Source: Candidatus Omnitrophota bacterium | Lineage (GTDB): Bacteria > Omnitrophota > Gorgyraeia > Tantalellales > Tantalellaceae | NCBI GenBank assembly: GCA_035403965.1 | Contig: DAONGE010000006.1 | Location: forward strand, 6,521 to 70,520 | DNA: 64,000 bases | Reading direction: 5' to 3' | Shown here: positions 8,741 to 18,074 of the stretch, one piece after another | How positions within the stretch are numbered: the first letter of the stretch is position 1 | Layout: each line of letters begins with the position of its first letter | Notes under the pieces: model-generated | The model's input: the letters and a program-made list of their open reading frames with translations, nothing else | What the model was told of the DNA's origin: nothing | Databases searched by the model: none | Translations under genes and position numbers: made by a program

Positions 8741-10834
8741 ATGGCTGTCAAAAAAACAAAAAGTACCGCGAAGAAAAGCGGCGGCGACAAAGAAAAATAT
8801 CTGGTAGTTGTGGAGTCTCCCGCCAAGTCAAAAACCATCAACAAGATACTTGGCAAGAACTTCAAAGTGATCGCCAGTATGGGGCACATTGTGGATCTGC
8901 CGGCCGATAGGATGGGGATAGATTTTGAACATGATTTTACCCCTGAATATCAGGTGATGAAGGGCCGGGCCAAATACATGAAGGATATAAAAAAAGAGGC
9001 AAAAGAGGCAAAAACCGTGTTTCTGGCGGCCGACCCTGACCGTGAGGGAGAAGCTATCTGCTGGCATCTCAAAAATCAACTTGAGAGCTGTTGTTCTGAG
9101 TTTTTCAGAGTAAGGTTCGAGGAAATAACCGAACGCGCAGTGAAAGAGGCTTTTGAGAAAAAAGGCGAGATCGACATGAATAAAGTGAATGCCCAGCAGG
9201 CTCGCCGTGTTTTCGACAGGATAGTTGGATATTCGCTGAGTCCGCTGCTTTGGGGAAAGATCACTCGAGGTTTAAGCGCCGGCAGGGTACAGTCGGTCGC
9301 CGTGAGGCTCATCGTGGAAAGGGAAGAGGAAATAAAAAAATTCAAGCCCGAGGAATACTGGAGCCTTGACGCGATACTGCGCAAAGTGGCGGGAAAAGTG
9401 GATAAAGGGATCAGCGATTTCCGCGCGAAGCTTATAAAGTTCAAGGGCGAAAAAGTGCATATCGGAACTAAGATCACTTCGGACCAGATGATGTCTGGTC
9501 TTTCCGGGGCGAAATTCATAGTGGCCGATGTGGGCCGTAAGGAGAAAAAGAGTTATCCGCGTTCGCCGTACACCACCAGTGTTATGCAGCAGGACGCCTT
9601 CAATAAACTTAATTTTTCGGCCAGCAAGACCATGAGGATCGCGCAGAAACTTTATGAAGGCGTGGATCTCGGGGAGGCGGGAACTGTAGGTCTTATAACC
9701 TATATGCGTACCGATTCCGTGCGCATATCGGACGACGCGATGAAAGAACTGCAAAAATTTATTTTGGATAAATACGGCGCGAAATACGCCCCGCCGGTGC
9801 CTTTTGTTTACAAGGCCAAGAAAAGCGCCCAGGAAGCGCATGAAGCTATACGTCCGGCACTTCCGCTCAGGGAACCGAATAGCCTCGCGGCGTATCTAAC
9901 TCCTGATGAAATGAAGCTCTATACTCTGATCTGGAAAAGATTCGTGTCCAGCCAGATGCAGACGGCCGTGTACTCAGTGCTTACCGTTCATATCAACGCG
10001 GGAGAGTACACTTTCAGGGCCGGCGGATCGGATCTTATCTTTGACGGGTTTTTGCGTGTTTATAAAGAATACGGGGCGTTGGATGAGGAAGAAGTCCCGC
10101 CTGAGATGCCGCCCTTGGAGACGGGCGAGGAAGTGAAACTTGTGGAACTTATCCCGGAGCAGCATTTTACAAAACCGCCGGCCAGATATTCGGACGCGTC
10201 ACTTGTAAAAGTGCTGGAGGAAAAAGGGATAGGAAGGCCGTCCACATACGCGCCCATCATACGGACGATAATCGACAGGAACTATGTGAAACGCGTTAAC
10301 AGGTATTTTCAGCCCACGGAGTTAGGTCAGCTGGTCAACGACCTTCTTGTGAAAAATTTTCCGGATATAGTCGATTATGACTTTACGGCAAAGCTGGAAG
10401 GCGAACTGGACGATATCGAAGAAGGTAAAATGAACTGGGTAAAGGCCGTCAAAGAATTTTACGAGCCGTTCACCGGGAAATTGGCCGAAGCGAAAGAAAA
10501 AATGAAGAACGTCAATAAACAGGAAGTTAAAACCGATCAGGTCTGTGAAAAATGCGGCAGACCGATGATAATAAAATGGGGGAAGAAAGGCCGGTTCCTG
10601 AGTTGTTCCGGATTCCCGGAGTGCAGGAATGCGAAATCCATAAGCACCGGCGTGAAATGCCCCGCGGAGGGATGCGGCGGCGAACTTGTGGAACGCAGGT
10701 CTTTCCGCGGTTCTTTCTATGGATGCACGAATTACCCGAAATGTACGTATACGTCGCGAACGTTAAACCAGCCCGGGCAGGCGGCCGAAGGCGCGGCGGA
10801 CGGCGCCGCCGAGGCGAAAGTTGAAGACGAATGA
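8741..10834 (+). CDS. topA: DNA topoisomerase I
   Basis: TOPRIM N-terminus (YLVVVESPAKSKTINKILG). 697 aa. C-terminal Cys4 zinc ribbons (CEKCGRPM...CSGFPEC; CPAEGCGG...CTNYPKC). Confidence 0.95.
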   Translation: MAVKKTKSTAKKSGGDKEKYLVVVESPAKSKTINKILGKNFKVIASMGHIVDLPADRMGIDFEHDFTPEYQVMKGRAKYMKDIKKEAKEAKTVFLAADPDREGEAICWHLKNQLESCCSEFFRVRFEEITERAVKEAFEKKGEIDMNKVNAQQARRVFDRIVGYSLSPLLWGKITRGLSAGRVQSVAVRLIVEREEEIKKFKPEEYWSLDAILRKVAGKVDKGISDFRAKLIKFKGEKVHIGTKITSDQMMSGLSGAKFIVADVGRKEKKSYPRSPYTTSVMQQDAFNKLNFSASKTMRIAQKLYEGVDLGEAGTVGLITYMRTDSVRISDDAMKELQKFILDKYGAKYAPPVPFVYKAKKSAQEAHEAIRPALPLREPNSLAAYLTPDEMKLYTLIWKRFVSSQMQTAVYSVLTVHINAGEYTFRAGGSDLIFDGFLRVYKEYGALDEEEVPPEMPPLETGEEVKLVELIPEQHFTKPPARYSDASLVKVLEEKGIGRPSTYAPIIRTIIDRNYVKRVNRYFQPTELGQLVNDLLVKNFPDIVDYDFTAKLEGELDDIEEGKMNWVKAVKEFYEPFTGKLAEAKEKMKNVNKQEVKTDQVCEKCGRPMIIKWGKKGRFLSCSGFPECRNAKSISTGVKCPAEGCGGELVERRSFRGSFYGCTNYPKCTYTSRTLNQPGQAAEGAADGAAEAKVEDE

Positions 10835-11709
10835 CGATAGAGGCGGATCTTAATAAATTTCTTAAGTATCTCGAGGTGGAGAAGAATTATTCGGAGCATA
10901 CGCTTCGTAGCTATGCCGCGGATATCAGGGAGCTTATTGCGTCCGTTCCGGGTCAGAACGCGGAGGATGTCACGCATCTGGATATAAGAAAATTTCTCGC
11001 TGAGCTCAAGGAGAAAGGTTCTTCTAAACGGACCGTTGTTCGAAAACTAGCGGCGCTGAGATCGTTTTACAGATATCTTTTCAGGACTAACGCGGTCAGG
11101 ACAAATCCGGCCGCCGGAGTGTTTACCCCGAAACTTGATAAAAAATTGCCGGTTTTTCTGGATCCTGAAAGAACGGCGAAGCTGATAATGGCCCCGGCGG
11201 GGGACAGCTTTCAATGTAAACGCGACCATGCGATGCTGGAAGTGCTTTATTCCGGCGGGATCCGTGTTGGCGAACTTGTCGGGCTTAATCGGGACGATCT
11301 GGACATGATCGCCGGGGTAATAAAGGTCCGCGGAAAAGGAAAAAAAGAACGTATCGCCATGCTCGGATCAAAAGCCCAGCAGGCCGTTAAAGAATATCTG
11401 GATAAATGCAGGGAGATTGGGCGCGACGCGAACGGGCCTTTGTTCATGAATAAACTCGGGACACGGATAACAGACAGGAGCGTAAGGCGGTTTCTTGACA
11501 AATATGTTAAACAGTGCGGCATAGAGGAGAAGGTGTCCCCGCATGCGATCAGGCATTCGTTCGCTACGCATATGCTTAATAACGGAGCGGATCTCAGGAG
11601 CGTGCAGGAATTATTGGGGCATAAAAATCTTTCGACGACACAGATATATACTCATCTTGGGACACAGAAAATAAAAGAAATGTATTTGAAAGCTCATCCG
11701 AGGGCATAA
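10831..11709 (+). CDS. xerC: Tyrosine site-specific recombinase XerC/XerD
   Basis: ATGA overlap with the topA stop. N-terminal SAM-like domain (YSEHTLRSYAADIRE). C-terminal R..HxxR..Y catalytic region (HAIRHSFATHML...LGH...IYTH). Confidence 0.85.
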   Translation: MTIEADLNKFLKYLEVEKNYSEHTLRSYAADIRELIASVPGQNAEDVTHLDIRKFLAELKEKGSSKRTVVRKLAALRSFYRYLFRTNAVRTNPAAGVFTPKLDKKLPVFLDPERTAKLIMAPAGDSFQCKRDHAMLEVLYSGGIRVGELVGLNRDDLDMIAGVIKVRGKGKKERIAMLGSKAQQAVKEYLDKCREIGRDANGPLFMNKLGTRITDRSVRRFLDKYVKQCGIEEKVSPHAIRHSFATHMLNNGADLRSVQELLGHKNLSTTQIYTHLGTQKIKEMYLKAHPRA

Positions 11710-11742
11710 ATGCACTGAATCGGAAGACGGCTGGAAGGGAAT

Positions 11743-13020
11743 ATGAGATTTTTATTTGACGTATTTTTTATGATGTTTTCGGTGGTATATCTGCCGTATC
11801 TTTTTCTCGGCAGACGTATGCACAAGGATTTCAAACAGCGTTTTGGGTATTTGCCGGCGGAAGCGACGAGTTTTAAAAAGCCCGTGTGGATACACGCGGT
11901 AAGCGTCGGGGAGGCACAAGTGGCGCTGGAACTGGCGGCAAAACTCAAAAAAGAAATGAAGGATGTTCCCGTGGTGGTTTCGGTCACAACAAAGACCGGA
12001 TACGCACTTCTGAGCCAATGGGCGGGGAAAACGGTGGACGCTGTTTTTTACTCGCCGATAGATATCTCATGGATAGTCGCCCGTGTTATACGAAAAATAG
12101 ATCCACGTGTTTATGTCATGATCGAGACCGAGATATGGCCGAATATTCTTACGGCTCTGAGAAGAAATAAGGTCCCGATAGTGCTCGCCAACGGGCGTAT
12201 TTCGGATTTTTCGTTCAATAATTACCGCACGATAAGGTTTCTTATAAAAGGTGTTTTTGAAAACATTAATGTTGCATGTATGCAGTCGCAGAAAGACGTG
12301 GAAAGGATAATTGCGCTGGGTATTCCGGAGAAAAGATGTTTTGTGACCGGTAATATGAAATTTGATATGGCCGGAGGCGGAATGGGCGAAGGGATCTCGA
12401 AAAAAGACATAGGATTTGAGGACGGCGACGAAGTGCTGGTAGCCGGAAGCACGCACAGCCCCGAAGAAAAATATCTGACCGATATTTACCGGGAGATTCG
12501 TGTCGGCAACAAAAAAGTAAAATTTATCGTCGCTCCGCGGCACATAGAAAGGGCCGATTCCGTTCAGGAATATATAGAGGGCACAGGGCTTGTCGTTCAG
12601 CGGTTTTCCGAGATCTATCGTAATCCCGGACTTAAGCGTCGAGACCTGGATGTCGTGATCGTTGATACGATAGGGCATCTTAAAAATATTTATAACGCCG
12701 CTACCGTTATCTTTATAGGCAAAAGCCTTGTCGAGAACGGAGGCGGACAGAATCCGATAGAGGCGGCCAGGTGGGGGAAACCCGTTGTTTTCGGGAAATA
12801 TATGTCTAATTTCAGAGAGATCGCTGATCTTTTTCTTGAAAACGGCGCCGCGCTGGAAGTGTCCGACAAAGAAAACCTGGCGATTGTACTGGACCGGTTG
12901 TTCGAGAACGGGGAGGAACGTTCCCGTTTAGGGACAAACGCGTTGAAGGTCATAGAAAGGAATACGGGCGCGACAGCACGGACTGCGGAAAAGATAAAAT
13001 ATATTGTTGTATACGCGTGA
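11743..13020 (+). CDS. waaA: 3-deoxy-D-manno-octulosonic acid (Kdo) transferase
   Basis: Membrane anchor followed by the KdtA motif KPVWIHAVSVGEAQVALELAAKL. 425 aa GT30 fold. Confidence 0.85.
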   Translation: MRFLFDVFFMMFSVVYLPYLFLGRRMHKDFKQRFGYLPAEATSFKKPVWIHAVSVGEAQVALELAAKLKKEMKDVPVVVSVTTKTGYALLSQWAGKTVDAVFYSPIDISWIVARVIRKIDPRVYVMIETEIWPNILTALRRNKVPIVLANGRISDFSFNNYRTIRFLIKGVFENINVACMQSQKDVERIIALGIPEKRCFVTGNMKFDMAGGGMGEGISKKDIGFEDGDEVLVAGSTHSPEEKYLTDIYREIRVGNKKVKFIVAPRHIERADSVQEYIEGTGLVVQRFSEIYRNPGLKRRDLDVVIVDTIGHLKNIYNAATVIFIGKSLVENGGGQNPIEAARWGKPVVFGKYMSNFREIADLFLENGAALEVSDKENLAIVLDRLFENGEERSRLGTNALKVIERNTGATARTAEKIKYIVVYA

Positions 13021-13029
13021 CGGATATTT

Positions 13030-14085
13030 ATGGCGAGATATAGTATGAAAGAATATTTTTTTCTTGTTATGACAGACCGTAAAACCGGGCCTGGTGACCG
13101 CGTTGCGGCTGGGGTCCTTTATTTCGTATCGATTCTTTATGCCATGGTGATGCGGTTCAGAGGCCGGATGTACAAAAGAGGTTTTTTTAAGGTAAGGAAG
13201 GCTGCGGTTCCGGTCATAAGTGTGGGGAATATTACACTTGGTGGTACCGGGAAAACGCCCTTTGTGGCCTTTCTCGCCGATAGATTGACGGCATTAGGCA
13301 TGAAACCGGCCGTTCTTACCAGAGGGTACGGCGACGATGAACACCGTATGCTGAGGGATGATATCCCCGATGTCCCGGTAGTAGTCGGCAGTAACCGTGT
13401 ACGAAACGCGGAAAAAGCCGTTCGTCTTGGGGCGAATATACTGATAATGGACGATGGCTTTCAACACAGACGTCTCGGGCGTGATCTTGATATCGTTCTT
13501 TTGGACAGTGCAAAGCCGTTCGGGAACGGATATGTATTTCCGCGGGGTACATTGCGTGAACCGCAGGACGCGATCCGCCGCGCGGATGTTGTTGTTCTTT
13601 CAAAATGCGATAAAATCCCGGAAGGTACGGATCTGAAAAAGATAGCCGGAAATTTGGATATCCGCCAGGGCGTGCCGGTCATCGCGATAAAATATAAAGC
13701 AAAATTTTTATCCGATGTAACGGGCGCGGTTTATCCGGCGGAAAACTTCAAAGGTAAAAAGGTGTGCATTGTTTCCGGGATAGCCGATCCTGAATATTTC
13801 GGATCGATGGTCGGGAAAACGGGTGCGATCATAGAGTCCGAAAGATATTTTATGGACCATCATGCGTATACACAGAACGATGTAAACGAGATATTGAGGA
13901 TGTGTGTGCGTAATGAGGCCGACGCCGTGATAGTAACGGCTAAAGATTATGTAAAACTCAGGAAGTTGGATCTTTCCGAGTTGGAAAGTAAATTGTTCGT
14001 TCTTAAAATCTCGGTAGACATAACACAGGGAGAGGAAGTATTCAGTGCTGGACTTAATAGCCTCATACATGCTTCGCGGTCTTAG
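13030..14085 (+). CDS. lpxK: Tetraacyldisaccharide 4'-kinase
   Basis: P-loop in the LpxK context (ISVGNITLGGTGKTPFVAFLADRL). 351 aa. Confidence 0.85.
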   Translation: MARYSMKEYFFLVMTDRKTGPGDRVAAGVLYFVSILYAMVMRFRGRMYKRGFFKVRKAAVPVISVGNITLGGTGKTPFVAFLADRLTALGMKPAVLTRGYGDDEHRMLRDDIPDVPVVVGSNRVRNAEKAVRLGANILIMDDGFQHRRLGRDLDIVLLDSAKPFGNGYVFPRGTLREPQDAIRRADVVVLSKCDKIPEGTDLKKIAGNLDIRQGVPVIAIKYKAKFLSDVTGAVYPAENFKGKKVCIVSGIADPEYFGSMVGKTGAIIESERYFMDHHAYTQNDVNEILRMCVRNEADAVIVTAKDYVKLRKLDLSELESKLFVLKISVDITQGEEVFSAGLNSLIHASRS

Positions 14086-15979
14086 TATATTGTTCTGTTA
14101 TATACCGATCCGCGCTGTTTTGGCGTATGGAAGGTTTTGCGGAAAGATCGCGTATTTGTTAAGTGGTAAGCGGTGCTGCGTGACGTATTCTAATCTTAAG
14201 GCTGCTTTTCACGGCGAAAAGTCCCCGGAGGAGATATCCGAGATAGCGAAAAAGGCGTATCTTTCGGTCGGAGAGGTCTTCGCGGAGCTTGTGGCAGTTC
14301 CACGTGTAGACGCACGGTATGTGGAGAAATATATAAAGATCAATAATTTTGAGCGCATACAGAAAGCAGCGTCGAACCCGAAAGGGATGATACTGGTCTC
14401 GGCGCATTTCGGGAACTGGGAGCTTAGCACAGTTGCGAGTGCGATCAAAGGATATCCGTTGTATATGCTCGCGCGTGATCAGAAAATGAAAAGGCTTAAC
14501 GAGCTACTGAACCTTCTTCGCGAAACCAAAGGCAATATGGTCGTTCGTAAAGGCGTGGATATAAAAAACATTTTCAGGCTCCTGAGGTCGGGGAAAAGCC
14601 TGGGTTTATTGGCCGATCAGAACGCGGGGGCTTCGGGTGAGTTAGTAGACTTTTTCGGCAGGCCCGCTTCAACTGCTACGGGGCCTTACCGTTTCGCCCA
14701 AAAGACGGGCGCGGTAGTGTTGCCGGCCTTTATACATCGCAAGAACGGTCCGTATCAGGAACTGTATCTGGAAGAGATAATGGAGATAAAAGAGGACGAA
14801 AGCATTATCCCATATATGGAACGGTACAACGCGCTTTTGGAAAAACACATAAGACAGTCGCCCTCTCAGTGGTTCTGGATGCATAAACGCTGGAAAAAGA
14901 CATCTGTTAAAAAAGTTATGGTCCTGGATGACGGGAAGAAAGGGCATTTAAAAGAATCGTTAGCGATACTTAAACAGATAGAGATATATCGCAAAGATGA
15001 AGGCTTCCAAGACAAGGACCTTGAGGTTCAGATAGTGAGTATCCGTTTTCGCGATAAGTTTAGGAAAGCCGTATTTAACGCTTTTTGCCCGCTGCTTACG
15101 TGGCGATTGGGGATGCATCGTAAAATGCTAGCCTGGGCGATGACGGCGGAAACGTACAAAGACGCTATCAATAGATACGCCGATGTCATCGTAAGCTGTG
15201 GTTCGGGGCTTTATGGCGTGAGTACCGCGCTAAAAATAGAGAATTATGCCAAGAATATAGCCGTACTGGATCCCGGAAAGATCAATTACGGGAAATTTAA
15301 CGTGATCGTGATGCCGAGGCATGACGTGAAGTCTTCTAAGGTCGCGGACAATATAGTTGTGACGGAACTCGCGCCTAACCTTATTGTGCCGTCAGAATTA
15401 TTGTCTTTACGCGTGTCGCTTGCGGGGAAAATGGTCTCCGGTAAGGTTAACGTGGGCGTTCTTATCGGCGGGGACAACGGTTTTTACGCGTTCACAGAAG
15501 ATATGGTTAGAAATATTATGGGTGGTATTGTGGATTTTTGCAGAAAAAAAGACGGTAAAATATTCGCGACGACATCACGTCGTACTCCGGAAAGTGCGGA
15601 AAATGCCGCGGCGGAGATGCTTTTAAAGGATAGTACCTGCGGTTTTTTCGTTTACGGTAAGAATGATACCGATGATAAAACCGTGGATAAGATATTGGCG
15701 CTTTCGGATATAGTGGTAGTATCGGGTGAAAGTATTTCCATGGTATCCGAAGCGGTTTCGTCCGGTAAACCGGTTGTCGTGTTCATGCCGGTCAAGAAGC
15801 ATGCAAAAACCAATAAGTACGAGGCGTACGTGAAACGGCTCGAAAATGAAGGTTATCTGACGCTTTTCTCCGGCGGCGACCTGACTGTGGTGCTGGATCG
15901 GGTGTCTGCTTCCGACGTGAAACGTAAGGCGATAGAGGATAACCGCAGAATATACGAAAAGATACATAAACTATTTTAG
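14045..15979 (+). CDS. lpxL: Lipid A late acyltransferase (LpxL/HtrB family) fused to a C-terminal ELM1/DUF1022-like domain
   Basis: The N-terminal ~290 aa carry LpxL-family motifs (HFGNWELS; LLADQNAG; FWMHKRWK). The C-terminal ~340 aa begin VMVLDDGKKGHLKESLAIL and end VVVSGESISMVSEAVSSGKPVVVF, which I recognise as the ELM1/DUF1022 pattern. Family assignment is from memory, not a search. The likely start is the internal Met at 14069. Confidence 0.7.
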   Translation: MLDLIASYMLRGLSILFCYIPIRAVLAYGRFCGKIAYLLSGKRCCVTYSNLKAAFHGEKSPEEISEIAKKAYLSVGEVFAELVAVPRVDARYVEKYIKINNFERIQKAASNPKGMILVSAHFGNWELSTVASAIKGYPLYMLARDQKMKRLNELLNLLRETKGNMVVRKGVDIKNIFRLLRSGKSLGLLADQNAGASGELVDFFGRPASTATGPYRFAQKTGAVVLPAFIHRKNGPYQELYLEEIMEIKEDESIIPYMERYNALLEKHIRQSPSQWFWMHKRWKKTSVKKVMVLDDGKKGHLKESLAILKQIEIYRKDEGFQDKDLEVQIVSIRFRDKFRKAVFNAFCPLLTWRLGMHRKMLAWAMTAETYKDAINRYADVIVSCGSGLYGVSTALKIENYAKNIAVLDPGKINYGKFNVIVMPRHDVKSSKVADNIVVTELAPNLIVPSELLSLRVSLAGKMVSGKVNVGVLIGGDNGFYAFTEDMVRNIMGGIVDFCRKKDGKIFATTSRRTPESAENAAAEMLLKDSTCGFFVYGKNDTDDKTVDKILALSDIVVVSGESISMVSEAVSSGKPVVVFMPVKKHAKTNKYEAYVKRLENEGYLTLFSGGDLTVVLDRVSASDVKRKAIEDNRRIYEKIHKLF

Positions 15980-15992
15980 ACAGGATGACGAT

Positions 15993-18074
15993 ATGAACGT
16001 ATTGCAGCTTTTACCTAAACTTGAACTTGGCGGCGTAGAACGGGGCACTATAGAAATGTCGCGTTACCTTACAATGAAAGGGCATAAAGCCGTGGTCGTC
16101 TCCGGTGGCGGCAGACTGGAAAAAAGCCTTACAGCGGCCGGTGCCAAGCATTATATGCTGCCTGTAGGCAAAAAGAACCCTCTTATCATGGTGTACTGTT
16201 ATTTCAAAATAAGGGCGATAATTAAAAAAGAAAATATTCATCTTGTGCACGGAAGAAGCCGGGTGCCTGCGCTTATCGGCTATTTCGCCGCGCGTGCCGA
16301 GAAAAGAACATTTATAACCACGGCGCACGGACATTATAAAAAACATCTTATCAGTAAAGTGATGGGGTGGGGGAAGATAGTGATCGTTGCCAGTAACTTT
16401 ATGGCACAGTACATGAAAGAGAATTTCGGGGTGCTTCCGGGGAAGATAGTAGTGATACCGAGAGGAGTGGATCTTGAAAGGTTTTCTTTTATACGTCCGG
16501 CCAAACGTGCGGATAAAGTGTTCCGCGTCGGAATGATAGCCAGGTTTACTCCGCTCAAGGGACACATGGATTTTCTGAAGGCGGTCGCGTATGTTTCCAG
16601 AAAGATGCCGAATCTGGAAGTTGTTCTGATGGGCGATAGGAATGAGGCCCGTCCGGATTATATTAAAAAAATGGATCTGGCGATAAAACGATATCTGATA
16701 GATAAAATTGTTAGATTTGTCGGTCCGGGTGAAAGCGTGCCAGAAGTATTACGCGGGCTGGATGTTCTTGTGTCAGCCTCACGCGAACAGGAGGCTTTTG
16801 GACGATCGATTATAGAGGCGCAGGCGCGAGGGGTTCCGGTAGTGGCGACACGTGTCGGCGGAGTTGTGGAAACAGTTGAGGACGGGGTCACGGGACTGTT
16901 GTGCGAAGCGTCGGATCCTTCGGATATGGCGAACAAAATAATGAAATACGCTTCCAGTCTGGAGTTTAGGCAGGAAATAGCCGAGAAAGCCCGGAAGAAT
17001 GTTGAAGAGCTTTATTCCGTGGAACGGTGTATGAGCCTTGAACTTGAGGCGTATCGCCGTGCATGTGAAATAAAGAAGATTCTGGTGTTTAAGATCAGTT
17101 CACTGGGAGACGTGATACTTTCAGTCCCGTCTTTACGTGCGATAAGGAGCCGTTTTGCAGACGCTTCAATAAAGGTACTGGTGGACGTTAAATTCAGGAA
17201 AGTCCTCGAGGGCTGTCCTTATGTCGACGAGATCATTACCTGCGATTTCAATGAAAGGGACGCCGGGGCCGGATTTTTTAAACTGGCAGATCGCTTGCGA
17301 GCCGAGGATTTTGATTTTTCGGTGGATCTTCAAAATAGCACGAAAAGCCATCTGCTCGCGTTTTTAGGTATGATACCGGAAAGGTTCGGATATAATAACG
17401 GCAAAATGAGTTTTCTTCTGAACCATAAAGCTGTTCTTCCCAAAAAAGCCATGGGACCGGTCGATCATCAGGCACAGTTATTATCGATCCTCGGGATAAA
17501 TATGGTGGAAAAATCTCTTGAACTTTGGCCCGGAGAAGAACATAAAAAATGGGCAAAGAATTTTCTTCAAGTGAACTGGCTGAACGAGGGACAGAAACTG
17601 GTAGGTATAAGTCTTTCGGCCAGTGCCAGATGGGGAACTAAAAATTGGGGGATGTCGCAGATACAGTCGCTTGCGGATATGCTGGGGAAAGACGATATAC
17701 GTGTGGTTTTTATCGGTACTCCGAGCGATATCCCTGCCGCTGAAAAACTTACAAAGAAGAACAATCTTAAAGCTATTAACGCCGTGGGGAAAACAAATAT
17801 ATCACAGCTTATCGCGCTTATTGCGGAATGTTCCGTTGTTGTGAGCGGCGATTCGTCGCCTATGCATATCGCCGCCGGTGTCGGGGTGCCGTTCGTAGGT
17901 CTTTTCGGTCCGACCGATCCTGACAGACACGCTCCGCCTGCTGTGAAATGCAGGATAATCGGGAAAAAGGCGAAATGTTCGCCATGTTACAAAGGAGAAT
18001 GCAATAACGGCCATAGATGTATGTCGGGTATCCGGCCACAGGAAGTTTATAACGCGGTGAAAGATCTGATGTGA
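15993..18074 (+). CDS. Bidomain glycosyltransferase: N-terminal GT4 (GT-B, WaaG-like) fused to a C-terminal GT9 heptosyltransferase
   Basis: N-terminus has GGVERGTIEMSRYL and an EX7E-like region (GRSIIEAQARGVPVV) typical of GT4. From ~aa 350 comes KKILVFKISSLGDVILSVPSLRAIRSRF (the GT9 N-terminus), and the protein ends with a Cys-rich GT9 C-terminus. Confidence 0.75.
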   Translation: MNVLQLLPKLELGGVERGTIEMSRYLTMKGHKAVVVSGGGRLEKSLTAAGAKHYMLPVGKKNPLIMVYCYFKIRAIIKKENIHLVHGRSRVPALIGYFAARAEKRTFITTAHGHYKKHLISKVMGWGKIVIVASNFMAQYMKENFGVLPGKIVVIPRGVDLERFSFIRPAKRADKVFRVGMIARFTPLKGHMDFLKAVAYVSRKMPNLEVVLMGDRNEARPDYIKKMDLAIKRYLIDKIVRFVGPGESVPEVLRGLDVLVSASREQEAFGRSIIEAQARGVPVVATRVGGVVETVEDGVTGLLCEASDPSDMANKIMKYASSLEFRQEIAEKARKNVEELYSVERCMSLELEAYRRACEIKKILVFKISSLGDVILSVPSLRAIRSRFADASIKVLVDVKFRKVLEGCPYVDEIITCDFNERDAGAGFFKLADRLRAEDFDFSVDLQNSTKSHLLAFLGMIPERFGYNNGKMSFLLNHKAVLPKKAMGPVDHQAQLLSILGINMVEKSLELWPGEEHKKWAKNFLQVNWLNEGQKLVGISLSASARWGTKNWGMSQIQSLADMLGKDDIRVVFIGTPSDIPAAEKLTKKNNLKAINAVGKTNISQLIALIAECSVVVSGDSSPMHIAAGVGVPFVGLFGPTDPDRHAPPAVKCRIIGKKAKCSPCYKGECNNGHRCMSGIRPQEVYNAVKDLM

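Noticed and set aside
10552-10824. 90-aa + strand ORF
   Set aside because: It is an out-of-frame overlap with the zinc-ribbon region of topA, with no independent signals.
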